From: a virus
Length of the DNA stretch: 64,000 nt
Direction: 5' to 3' (one strand)
IMG/VR virus record: IMGVR_UViG_3300044953_000352
Span: 15,240-79,239 of that record
Made by a program: the position numbers and the translations under genes. The notes beneath the pieces were generated by a model. That model was not told where the DNA came from. It saw only the letters and a program-made list of their open reading frames with translations, and ran no database searches. Positions 40,985-49,787 of the stretch are shown in pieces (position 1 is the first letter of the stretch; the number at the start of each line of letters is the position of its first letter).

Positions 40985-42180
40985 AAAATGTTATTATTGT
41001 TGGTGGAGGAATAGTAGGATTAGCTACTGCATATAAACTATCATGTAAATATAATGATATACAAATTATTGTACTTGAAAAAGAAAATGAGGTAGGTTTG
41101 CACCAAACTACTCATAACAGTGGTGTATTACACTGTGGTTTATATTATAAACCCGGTTCACTAAAAGCAAAATTAGCTGTTGACGGTATTAAGCAAATGA
41201 CATCGTTTTGCAAACAATATAATATTCCACATGAAATATGCGGAAAATTAGTTGTAGCAACAAATGAAATAGAACATTCAAGACTTAAAGATTTGTATAA
41301 AAGAGGCATTGAAAATGGTTTAGAAGGATTAAAATATTTAGATAATAAAGAAGAAATACAAAAAATAGAACCATATGTAACAAATGCAATTGCCGCTATA
41401 CATGTTCCACAAGAAGGAATAGTAGACTATAAAGCAGTAATAAATAAATTAAAATTATTAATTTTAAAAAAAGGACATTTAATTCTTTGTAATAGTAAAG
41501 TTAATTATATATGCAATAAAACCAATACCGTTTCTGTTAAATCTCCACTACAAGAAGAAACTTATGCATATGATTATTTGATAAATTGCACAGGGTTATA
41601 TAGTGATGTCATTTCCAAATTAACAACTACAGTTTCATCAAAAATAGTTCCTTTTCGAGGAGAATATTATAAACTTAAAAAAGAATCTGAACACCTCGTT
41701 AATAATTTAATATATCCTGTTCCAGATCCATCTTTTCCATTTTTAGGTGTTCATTTTACAAGATTAATACATGGAGGAATAGAAGCAGGGCCAAATGCTG
41801 TATTAGCGTTTTCTAGAGAAGGATATAAACTTTATAATATAAACTTACTTGAAATGCTTGATTATTTGTGTTTTCGAGGATTTTGGAAATTTATATGGAA
41901 ACATAAATCTATGTGTTGGAAAGAATTCTGGCAATCTTTAAGCAAAAAACGTCTTTGTAAATCGTTACAAAAATTGATACCTTCAATAACAGAAAATGAT
42001 TTGATGCCGGGAGGATCTGGAGTCAGAGCACAAGCTATGAGTATAGATGGTAATTTAATTCAAGATTTTGAAATTCATATTGTAAATAACAATATATGTA
42101 ACGTTTTAAACGCTCCTAGTCCCGCTGCAACTGCATCACTATCTATCGCAGATATTATATTAAATAAGATAAATTTATGA
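40981..42180 (+). CDS. lhgO: L-2-hydroxyglutarate oxidase
   Basis: GGGIVGLA, HQTTHNSGVLH, YYKPGSLKA, PFRGEYY, FPFLGVHFT, GVRAQA, NAPSPAAT. Confidence 0.93.
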   Translation: MKNVIIVGGGIVGLATAYKLSCKYNDIQIIVLEKENEVGLHQTTHNSGVLHCGLYYKPGSLKAKLAVDGIKQMTSFCKQYNIPHEICGKLVVATNEIEHSRLKDLYKRGIENGLEGLKYLDNKEEIQKIEPYVTNAIAAIHVPQEGIVDYKAVINKLKLLILKKGHLILCNSKVNYICNKTNTVSVKSPLQEETYAYDYLINCTGLYSDVISKLTTTVSSKIVPFRGEYYKLKKESEHLVNNLIYPVPDPSFPFLGVHFTRLIHGGIEAGPNAVLAFSREGYKLYNINLLEMLDYLCFRGFWKFIWKHKSMCWKEFWQSLSKKRLCKSLQKLIPSITENDLMPGGSGVRAQAMSIDGNLIQDFEIHIVNNNICNVLNAPSPAATASLSIADIILNKINL

Positions 42181-42506
42181 TCAATTTAATTTTCTTAATA
42201 ACTTCAATATTAATAGTTTGGTTTAATACAGAAGCATTTATTGAATATATGCAACTATTTAAACTTAATTTTTTTAAGATAAAAGAATATAATATTGAAA
42301 AAGAAAAAGATTGTACAATTGATTATCATTTATATTTAAAATTGCATCATAATAATTTTTTTACTAGATTGATTACATGTCCAATTTGTACATCTTTTTG
42401 GCTATCTCTAGTTGGAAGTATTTTATTTTCAATCAATTTATTAAATTTTGGAATTATATTTATATGCAGTCTATTACTATATTTTGCGTTTAATAAATTA
42501 TTATGA
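42177..42506 (+). CDS. Small membrane protein with a CxxC motif (DUF1360-like)
   Basis: Hydrophobic ends; LITCPICTSFW. Confidence 0.55.
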   Translation: MINLIFLITSILIVWFNTEAFIEYMQLFKLNFFKIKEYNIEKEKDCTIDYHLYLKLHHNNFFTRLITCPICTSFWLSLVGSILFSINLLNFGIIFICSLLLYFAFNKLL

Positions 42507-42793
42507 GAATAAATAGCTTTGGAGAATTTAATTTTTATGTAAGAACAAAACATTTAGAAAGATTACATCCTTCTATAGCTAATTTTTGTCAGTGTGTAAG
42601 TCGTTATCAACTACTATGTAACTGTCAAAGAAATGAAAAACAAAAAAAAGGAGTTGAATGTAACGCGCAATATATTGAAATTGTAAATTCAATTCTACCC
42701 GCTGTTAAAAGTCAACTCTTTTCAGATATACAAGAACATTCCATTGAATTTTATAACAATGGAACACATCTTATTAATGTATTAACAAGATAA
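42503..42793 (+). CDS. Hypothetical Cys-rich protein
   Basis: 96-aa ORF coupled by an ATGA overlap. Confidence 0.6.
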   Translation: MRINSFGEFNFYVRTKHLERLHPSIANFCQCVSRYQLLCNCQRNEKQKKGVECNAQYIEIVNSILPAVKSQLFSDIQEHSIEFYNNGTHLINVLTR

Positions 42794-43480
42794 TACTTTT
42801 TTAAGTTTATCACTTTCTATACAATTACTTACTACACTATTAAAATATTCATTCTTTAATAGCTCTTCATATTGAATTGATTTACCATCACTTACATCTT
42901 CCCATTGTATCAAATAGTCTGCTTTTTTTCTTAACTTTGGATCGTTTAACATTTCATGTGAGTTGGCTGGATCAGTAAATATTTTTATACCATTATTTCC
43001 TTTTACTTTGATAATACGACCATTAGATGGAAATCCATAAGTAAATTTACCTACATGTATTAGTATACCATTCTTTTCTCTTTGAATCCAATTTACTTCA
43101 TCATTCGGATAAAAATCATATCGAATATCGCTAACAATAGCCACATCAATAGGTGGAGTACCCCATGCAAATTCCTTTTCTATAGTTAGATTAAGTTTAT
43201 TGATCCAATATCTTCCTTCAGATTGTTTTCGTTTTGCATCTCCATACCAAACTAACATATCTCTAAATATAGATTTTTCTTCCGTTTTATCGGTAAAAAC
43301 ATCCAAATTAAATTTATCACGAATAAATTGTCTACAATCTTCTTTGAGTTCAGTTGCTAGTGCAAAATGTTTTGCATGTAAATTATATTTTGATTTCAAT
43401 TGTTTGACAAGAAGATCACAAAATAAATTTTTACCAGATCTAGCAACACCCGCAACTCCAATGTATATTTCTTTATTCAT
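42782..43480 (-). CDS. Deoxynucleoside monophosphate kinase-like P-loop protein
   Basis: GVAGVARSGK, FALATELK, YW, VSDIRY...NE. Confidence 0.75.
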   Translation of the reverse strand: MNKEIYIGVAGVARSGKNLFCDLLVKQLKSKYNLHAKHFALATELKEDCRQFIRDKFNLDVFTDKTEEKSIFRDMLVWYGDAKRKQSEGRYWINKLNLTIEKEFAWGTPPIDVAIVSDIRYDFYPNDEVNWIQREKNGILIHVGKFTYGFPSNGRIIKVKGNNGIKIFTDPANSHEMLNDPKLRKKADYLIQWEDVSDGKSIQYEELLKNEYFNSVVSNCIESDKLKKVLSC

Positions 43481-43997
43481 ATTTATCACTTAATAACTTT
43501 TCCACTTCCTTTTCTGAGTATCCATATTTTTCACATAAAATAGCTAACTGTTGTAAATTAGCCTCGTTATGAAAATAAATTGTACAATACTCGTACGCTT
43601 CATCTTTACTAATCTTGTAGTGATTTGTAACAATTTCTATTAACTGTTTATTATACTTCGCCGCACTAGATTTAATCCATTTACTGAATTTCTTTCCTAA
43701 TGGAGTCAAATCACAACACACTTTGTAAAAGGCTTCATTTGAAAGTATATCAAAATATTTAGATAAATATGCCAAGTTTGGTAATGCGGTTACATCCATA
43801 CTGAGTCCCATCAGAATTACATATTTATTGAATGTTTTTTTATCTTGTTCAGAAAGATTGCGATAATAATTTGGATCTTTTACTTCTCTGATGTGAGAAA
43901 TATGATCAAAAAGAGTTTTTGTTTTAATCGCTGATGTTATCTTCTCCTTCATCAAATTTTTTGAATCTGATTTTTGGATCTTTGTGTTTTTTGGCAT
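43473..43997 (-). CDS. Probable clamp loader small subunit (gp62-like)
   Basis: LFDHI...FNKYVILMGLSM...KKFSKWIK...ISKDEAYEY resembles gp62 of T4-like phages. Confidence 0.6.
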   Translation of the reverse strand: MPKNTKIQKSDSKNLMKEKITSAIKTKTLFDHISHIREVKDPNYYRNLSEQDKKTFNKYVILMGLSMDVTALPNLAYLSKYFDILSNEAFYKVCCDLTPLGKKFSKWIKSSAAKYNKQLIEIVTNHYKISKDEAYEYCTIYFHNEANLQQLAILCEKYGYSEKEVEKLLSDKYE

Positions 43998-44271
43998 AAA
44001 AATTATTTACTCTTACTCGCAACGCATTTATCAACGATATTAGCAGACGTTGATTGTCTGCTAAAGTTTTTATATCAACTGTCATTTTTTTATTCTTGTC
44101 CTCTGTTTGCTTTTGTAAAGAATCTATTTTTGTATTTAAATCTTTTATATTATTAAATATATTTATGGTTAAATATATTAATACTGCACATAGCAGAGGC
44201 ACCGCATATTTCGCAAAGAAAAAAGCTATAGCAAATACTATAGCTCCAAACAAATAACTTTTAATATTCAT
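43924..44271 (-). CDS. Hypothetical membrane protein with a coiled coil
   Basis: Hydrophobic N-terminal ~35 aa followed by a heptad-like region. Confidence 0.6.
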   Translation of the reverse strand: MNIKSYLFGAIVFAIAFFFAKYAVPLLCAVLIYLTINIFNNIKDLNTKIDSLQKQTEDKNKKMTVDIKTLADNQRLLISLINALRVRVNNFYAKKHKDPKIRFKKFDEGEDNISD

Positions 44272-44398
44272 TATCTATTTCTTCTACAGTAATAATCTTC
44301 TTTTCTCTTTTCTTCTGATGTTTCAACTTCTTCGGAACATCTTTTGTTTTCTTAGAATTAAATTTAAAATCAGAATTACGACGATACGTTTTTCCCAT
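44261..44398 (-). CDS. Small basic protein (45 aa), below the ORF-track cutoff
   Basis: MGKTYRRNSDFKFNSKKTKDVPKKLKHQKKREKKIITVEEIDNEY fills the gap exactly. Confidence 0.6.
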   Translation of the reverse strand: MGKTYRRNSDFKFNSKKTKDVPKKLKHQKKREKKIITVEEIDNEY

Positions 44399-44402
44399 AT
44401 AA

Positions 44403-44618
44403 TTATCCAGTGATCACTTTTGACTTTTCAAGAACATTCTTGATTACATTAATTTGACGACCAGTCAACTTAAGTTTTCCATTCGCAGTTTCAATAGTCA
44501 TATACTTGGCTTTTTTTGCATGAGGCAATGCCGCACTAAGTGTGACTTGAATATTCTTGTTATTATTTTTAATAAGATAAGTTCTATTATTTGCTTTTGT
44601 ATTTTTTATTGTTTTCAT
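44403..44618 (-). CDS. Hypothetical protein
   Basis: 71-aa basic ORF with its own promoter. Confidence 0.65.
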   Translation of the reverse strand: MKTIKNTKANNRTYLIKNNNKNIQVTLSAALPHAKKAKYMTIETANGKLKLTGRQINVIKNVLEKSKVITG

Positions 44619-44643
44619 ATGTTTATTATTTAAGTTTCAATAT

Positions 44644-44672
44644 ATGATATACTATCAATCGTTAGATTGCAA
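44644..44672 (-). promoter_or_regulatory. Sigma70-type promoter
   Basis: TTGCAA-17nt-TATCAT with an upstream A-tract. Confidence 0.6.
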
Positions 44673-44678
44673 GTTTTT

Positions 44679-45605
44679 TTAATTGTACTTAAATTTTTCT
44701 TGAAAGTGTTTAATAGCCAAATCTTTAGCCTTGAATTCCATCTCCAAATCAATTCGGTCACTATTATTATATTCTTCAGGAAATTCAGTAACACAATCTG
44801 CATGAGCACGAGGATTTGTTCCATTTGGAATACTATCACTGAAATGAAACAATGGAACAATATCTTTTGGCCATGTACTCTTTGCCAATTCATATGCTTC
44901 ATATTTAGTAAGATTACCTGAGTTGCACTTATTGTGCAAGTTATCATATGTTATAGGAATTCCAGTTTTTTGATAAACATAATCATATAGTTGCTGAACA
45001 TTCCAACTATTTGGCTTGTCCTCGTTTTCAAGAACGAGCCTAGACTTAACATTATGTGGAAGAGAATTATATACGTCAATGAATCGTGAAGAAATATCTC
45101 GCAAATCTCCTCCCTTAAAACAATTCATATGAATATTAATAGGACTATTGTAGTCTTGACTGAGACCAAACATATCCATCATTTTGCCGTGCATAATAAG
45201 TTCCACTACACTTTTTTTGGCTACTTCAACATTTATACTTGCAGGAACAACAAATTGATCTGGATGGGTACTACAACGAATATTATATTGCTTAATAATA
45301 GCTGCTGCTTTATCAAATGCTTCTTTGATTCCTTTATAATTATATGCCGATTCAATAGACAAATTTGCTTTTGGCAAAGTTTCGAGTGGCATCATTCCAC
45401 TACTAATACGATAGTTCCATCCATTTTTACCACACTGTTCCAACGTTTTTTGAACAACATAGATGTTATTTAGAGTTCTGTCAGCAACCAAAGTTTCTGC
45501 ATACTTACGTTCAAGTTGCAGAAATCTCGTTTTTGTCATCGTAGAAGATTTAATGCCGTAATCTTGAAGAGACAAACTGATACAACAAAGTCCTAGTTTT
45601 TTCAT
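44679..45605 (-). CDS. uvsE: UV damage endonuclease (UVDE)
   Basis: LGLCC, YRISS, HPDQF, INIH, RLVLENED, YDNLH, PLFHFS, RAHAD, EFKAKD; start at ATG 45605. Confidence 0.93.
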   Translation of the reverse strand: MKKLGLCCISLSLQDYGIKSSTMTKTRFLQLERKYAETLVADRTLNNIYVVQKTLEQCGKNGWNYRISSGMMPLETLPKANLSIESAYNYKGIKEAFDKAAAIIKQYNIRCSTHPDQFVVPASINVEVAKKSVVELIMHGKMMDMFGLSQDYNSPINIHMNCFKGGDLRDISSRFIDVYNSLPHNVKSRLVLENEDKPNSWNVQQLYDYVYQKTGIPITYDNLHNKCNSGNLTKYEAYELAKSTWPKDIVPLFHFSDSIPNGTNPRAHADCVTEFPEEYNNSDRIDLEMEFKAKDLAIKHFQEKFKYN

Positions 45606-45614
45606 TGGACAATT

Positions 45615-45643
45615 ACTGTACACCAGATGTTTTTATACGTCAA
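45615..45643 (-). promoter_or_regulatory. Sigma70-type promoter for uvsE
   Basis: TTGACG-17nt-TACAGT; ATG 9 nt downstream. Confidence 0.6.
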
Positions 45644-46008
45644 GCGGAATAGTAACATGCAGGACATGCAACATCAAAAGGACAAATATATCCTAAAAAC
45701 TTCCAAGTCTTTTGTTTCGAAGTTGAATTTTTAATCCAAGTAACTCGTTGATTGGTGCCCTGTGTTAATAACACTTTACGCGGTTCAACTATATATGGAA
45801 ATAATGAAGATAAATTTATAAACTCACTATCATCATTGTTTCTGTATAAAATATCACTTCCATTTTTTACCAAGACAATTCCTCTATCACCATCAAACAA
45901 ATCATTTGGACTCAAATCTATATATTCATCGCTCGTTTGATTGCGAGATATCGTCGCTAATCTATCCAAAAAAGTGGCGAATCTATTGTCTTTTATAAAA
46001 TTTATCAT
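45640..46008 (-). CDS. Hypothetical protein
   Basis: 122-aa ORF preceded by TATTTATA. Confidence 0.6.
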   Translation of the reverse strand: MINFIKDNRFATFLDRLATISRNQTSDEYIDLSPNDLFDGDRGIVLVKNGSDILYRNNDDSEFINLSSLFPYIVEPRKVLLTQGTNQRVTWIKNSTSKQKTWKFLGYICPFDVACPACYYSA

Positions 46009-46011
46009 GAC

Positions 46012-46037
46012 ATAATATAAATATATATTTATATTAT
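46012..46037. promoter_or_regulatory. Perfect 26-bp palindrome containing back-to-back TATTTATA motifs between divergent genes
   Basis: ATAATATAAATATATATTTATATTAT. Confidence 0.55.
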
Positions 46038-46058
46038 AAAATTTCTATTTATTTGTAT

Positions 46059-46319
46059 ATGCAATATACATCTAAAATTGTTAATAAAACGTTTTATCTC
46101 TTGATTTTTCCCAGCAAAGTGTACATGTTATTTGATCAAGATATGAAAAAATTACCTTTGTTTATTGGAATTAATCGTCAAGGACTCATAAACGAATTGC
46201 GAAAAATAAGAGACGTTGCTACCAAAGAAACTAAACTAAAAGTATATACAATTGATAATGATAATTTTAAATTAAATACACAACCTAATGAATTTAATTT
46301 GATAATACCAGCAAAATAA
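46059..46319 (+). CDS. Hypothetical protein
   Basis: 86-aa ORF from ATG 46059, preceded by TATTTATT. Confidence 0.55.
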   Translation: MQYTSKIVNKTFYLLIFPSKVYMLFDQDMKKLPLFIGINRQGLINELRKIRDVATKETKLKVYTIDNDNFKLNTQPNEFNLIIPAK

Positions 46320-46442
46320 TTATATTTTAACTAATAATTTTATTATTTTATAAATTTCTACATCATACATTTGAATATCAAATTCAAATGTCACTTCATT
46401 TATATCCAAATGAACCATTATTAATTCTTTGGTTTTAATATT

Positions 46443-46483
46443 AAAAATGCCGTAGATGGTATTTAGTTTACCATCATACGGCA
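46443..46483 (-). terminator. Rho-independent terminator after the wHTH gene
   Basis: TGCCGTA-GATGGTA...TACCATC-A-TACGGCA hairpin followed by a T-tract on the minus strand. Confidence 0.7.
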
Positions 46484-46510
46484 CTTCCACACTTTTTTTT
46501 GGTGTTCTTT

Positions 46511-46897
46511 TTAGGCATTAACTATTGCTTGAGTTTGTTCAGTGATATTAGACTTAGATTCAACCGTCGAATCATTGTCTGCTACGGACACGCTGATAAC
46601 AGCAACTGTATTGTACTGCTCATGAAGGTTGATTCCTGCGTTTCGAGCATTTTCAATCACATTGGAAGAGACGGGCGTTAACGCATATGCCTTCTTGGGA
46701 CGGCCCTTACCATTATGGATAGTACCGAGTTCAGCAATTACACCATTAGTTTCTGCATCCTTTACGTGAGTGCGCAAACTAATCACTGCGGTGTATTGAG
46801 GATTCTTACTGTGAATGGTTTCAATGGTAAAATGACCATTAATACCTGACCAATCAATGTTTAAATTGGTGTTGTTCTTACGATTCGTTTTTTTCAT
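46511..46897 (-). CDS. Putative winged-helix DNA-binding protein
   Basis: Helix SLRTHVKDA followed by the wing motif GKGRPKKAYALT. Confidence 0.55.
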   Translation of the reverse strand: MKKTNRKNNTNLNIDWSGINGHFTIETIHSKNPQYTAVISLRTHVKDAETNGVIAELGTIHNGKGRPKKAYALTPVSSNVIENARNAGINLHEQYNTVAVISVSVADNDSTVESKSNITEQTQAIVNA

Positions 46898-46953
46898 ATT
46901 AATTATGTTAATTTTTAATTGTTAAGTTTCTGACTCTAGTCAGATTAGTACAT

Positions 46954-46982
46954 AGTCTATAACAACATAGACTGTCTGTCAA
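46954..46982 (-). promoter_or_regulatory. Near-consensus sigma70-type promoter with overlapping inverted repeats
   Basis: TTGACA-17nt-TAGACT. Confidence 0.7.
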
Positions 46983-46983
46983 T

Positions 46984-47013
46984 AAAAAAAGCATACCTTT
47001 TAAAGTATGCTTT
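46984..47013 (-). terminator. Rho-independent terminator
   Basis: AAAGCATAC-loop-GTATGCTTT plus a T-tract on the minus strand. Confidence 0.7.
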
Positions 47014-47037
47014 CTATACATATGTTAAATTTTAATG

Positions 47038-47694
47038 TTACTTTTTACCATTCTTTTTCCCCTTTAACTTGATTAAATGAGCCTTATCTTTTTTATCTTG
47101 TTTAGGATATTTATAATCTACTTTATTACCTTTAATATTATGATCTATTTGTTTGGTTATTTTTTCTACTTTTTTAAAAGGAGCGTTTGGTAAATCTTCT
47201 TCTTTTTTAACTGCATCTTCAACTTTTTCTTTTGTTTTTTGTGGACCTTCTTCTTTTCCTTCTACAGGTTTACTATTTTCAGCAGCTTTATTGTATTGTT
47301 GTTTTACGTAATTTAAATCTTTTGATTTTAATTTTTCAATAATATATTTCTTTGCATCTTCAAAAGACATTCCTAACTTATTTTCACGATCTGTGCTGTC
47401 TTTAATATAAGTTACATTAAATTTATCTTCGTACATATGTTTTAATTTAAACATATGAGGAGGACAATTACATACATTGTAAATTTTCGCATCATCTTGT
47501 GTTACTGTATAATCTTTATCAATTGACTTAACAGCAGAATCCAATTCACTCATTAATTCATTGCATCCTTTTTTTGGGTCGCCTTCAGATTTTAGTTCTT
47601 GAATCGCTTCAATAACTAAAGAACGTAGCATCTTTTTTAATTTATATTCTTGAATTCCTTCAGAAATTAATTGTTTTAATCGATCTTTATTCAT
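47038..47694 (-). CDS. Hypothetical Lys/Glu-rich protein, possibly virion-internal
   Basis: ATG 47694 after TATTTATA; N-terminal LKQLISE/LVIE repeats. Confidence 0.6.
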   Translation of the reverse strand: MNKDRLKQLISEGIQEYKLKKMLRSLVIEAIQELKSEGDPKKGCNELMSELDSAVKSIDKDYTVTQDDAKIYNVCNCPPHMFKLKHMYEDKFNVTYIKDSTDRENKLGMSFEDAKKYIIEKLKSKDLNYVKQQYNKAAENSKPVEGKEEGPQKTKEKVEDAVKKEEDLPNAPFKKVEKITKQIDHNIKGNKVDYKYPKQDKKDKAHLIKLKGKKNGKK

Positions 47695-47756
47695 ATGTAC
47701 TCTATATAAATATATACAAAGTTCCACTTATTTCATTAAATTTAGTGATTTTAATA

Positions 47757-47787
47757 AATAAAAAATCCCGGCGTAAATGCCGGGATT
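47757..47787 (-). terminator. Rho-independent terminator after nrdJ
   Basis: AATCCCGGC-6nt-GCCGGGATT plus a T-tract on the minus strand. Confidence 0.85.
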
Positions 47788-47807
47788 CTCATTTAATTTA
47801 GCTCTTT

Positions 47808-49787
47808 TTAGCGCATAGGACAATATCCATTCGCACATTCAAATCCTTGGATAACGTCTCCAGACTCAATTTGAACACTCATTAATGATTTGACCTTTTG
47901 TTTTGCTTTTAGATAAGTATCTTTATTAATTTCTTGATATGGAGCTTGCTTGAATCCATGTTTTTGTCTCAACAAAAAGCTAACGCTTTTCACATTGTCT
48001 TTATAGTTTTTCTTCAACCAATCCTTCAAACTATCTAATTCAGTTGGTTCATAATATGCTGTTACACTAACTGCATTATCACTCCATACTGATTGAAGCT
48101 TTTTAACCATGTCAAGTTGTTTAATAACATCCATTTCGTCTGCCAAAATTGCACCTTCTGGAGTTTCACATGGAAAATAAACCACAACAGTATCATGATT
48201 TTCAGTTCCATCAAAATTCAATAGAAACTCTGTATGATATCCCATATCTTTACACGTTTGAACCAACTTATCACTGCTGCTCATACGAACAGTTCTCATA
48301 TAATACTTGTTATATGCTGGATGAACACCCGGAGTAGCACCACCAAGTAAACTTAATGTTCCACTTGGTTTTACCGTTGTCAACTTGACGCTTTCTGGCC
48401 AATTATTTTCTTTGCTCCATTGCTTATCAAACTTACGAAGAGCAACATAGCAATCATCAAGCCAATCCAACTTATCAAGAGACTGACAAACGCCAGTAAC
48501 CCCAAGGCCGAGGCGCATGTTTTTGTGTACAATTTTATTTGTTTCATCGTGTATAAACGGTAATGCAGCAATTGCTTTTTGAGTCTTATAAAGAAGTTTT
48601 GCACAATCAACTAATTCTTCTTTAGAAGAAATATTATTTAAATATAGTTCACATAAATTGCAACATTCATAATTGCTCAAACTAATTTCTCCACACGGAT
48701 TTGTGCCGACAACATTATCAGTGTCAGTAGGATAAAGATTTGAATCTTTCATAAGACCATCTTTTGTTCTACCATACTTTTGACTCAATGGTAAATTAAA
48801 TAATCCATATGGTTCTCCATTAGCAAATCCAGTATCTTTATTGATTTCATATCCATTTGACCAGAATTCATTCATCAAATGAGTATAATCATCAACATAA
48901 AGAGTATTGTTACTCATAGCTCTCCAATTTGGAACATTACCACTGCTCCAATTTTTTGCTCGCAAATAAAGAACGTCATCAGGATCTCCTAATGCAATTT
49001 CAGCACTTCTACGAACATTACCTGCAACAACTATACTTCCAATAATATTGCATATATCAAGAACATCTAATGAACGAAGTTTCTTTCCTTCTCTACTTTG
49101 GAAAATCTTCACGATCTTCTCAATTCCTTCAACGAGAATTGCAGGACCACTTGCCTTTCCACCAAATCCACTAATTTTTTCACCAGCACCTCTGATCAAA
49201 ATTGTGCTATATGTAAAACTCTTTCCTGTGCCATAAAATGCATTTAATACATTTTCTAAAAGTTTTACCCAACCTTCACGACTATCAGGAACAATAAAAT
49301 CCGCATCCTTAGTAGCGAGATGTGAAATAGTTACATCCTTTTTAATTTTAGGAAGTTCCATTACATCTTCACGACGAATGCTATATCCTACACCACCGCC
49401 AAGCATTAAATTTTCAAATAGAAAAAGAAATGCTTTTGGTTCGTTCATGCTTGTAAACCAACAATTGAGCAAACTATTTGCACCAAAACGATCTACAGTG
49501 CTCGTTCCCAATTGCCACAACATTCTTCCCGCAAAATTACACTTTAAATTAAAAATATAATTATATAAACGTTCTGCTTCTGCTTGAGTATATTGCGCTC
49601 CAATTTTTTGCGCTCCATTAATACAACGTTGAATAGTTTCGTACCATTCTTCAGTTTCGCCATTATCCTTAACACGAGCATATGTTCTCTTATAAACAAT
49701 ATACCCTAATCCGTTGAATCCCCAATTTGGTTGTTTTCCTTTATATGAAGATGCAAATGCATCTGAAATAATATTTGATGTACTCAT
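47808..49787 (-). CDS. nrdJ: Class II (adenosylcobalamin-dependent) ribonucleotide reductase, monomeric RTPR-like
   Basis: RTYAR, GRMLW, LNC, PDSREGW, GNVRRSAEI, TNPCGEI, KPSGT, C-terminal CANGYCP; no NrdB seen. Confidence 0.93.
   Translation of the reverse strand: MSTSNIISDAFASSYKGKQPNWGFNGLGYIVYKRTYARVKDNGETEEWYETIQRCINGAQKIGAQYTQAEAERLYNYIFNLKCNFAGRMLWQLGTSTVDRFGANSLLNCWFTSMNEPKAFLFLFENLMLGGGVGYSIRREDVMELPKIKKDVTISHLATKDADFIVPDSREGWVKLLENVLNAFYGTGKSFTYSTILIRGAGEKISGFGGKASGPAILVEGIEKIVKIFQSREGKKLRSLDVLDICNIIGSIVVAGNVRRSAEIALGDPDDVLYLRAKNWSSGNVPNWRAMSNNTLYVDDYTHLMNEFWSNGYEINKDTGFANGEPYGLFNLPLSQKYGRTKDGLMKDSNLYPTDTDNVVGTNPCGEISLSNYECCNLCELYLNNISSKEELVDCAKLLYKTQKAIAALPFIHDETNKIVHKNMRLGLGVTGVCQSLDKLDWLDDCYVALRKFDKQWSKENNWPESVKLTTVKPSGTLSLLGGATPGVHPAYNKYYMRTVRMSSSDKLVQTCKDMGYHTEFLLNFDGTENHDTVVVYFPCETPEGAILADEMDVIKQLDMVKKLQSVWSDNAVSVTAYYEPTELDSLKDWLKKNYKDNVKSVSFLLRQKHGFKQAPYQEINKDTYLKAKQKVKSLMSVQIESGDVIQGFECANGYCPMR

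Noticed and set aside
46328-46420. Possible 30-codon minus-strand ORF (MVHLDINEV...)
   Set aside because: Too short, downstream of a terminator, no supporting evidence
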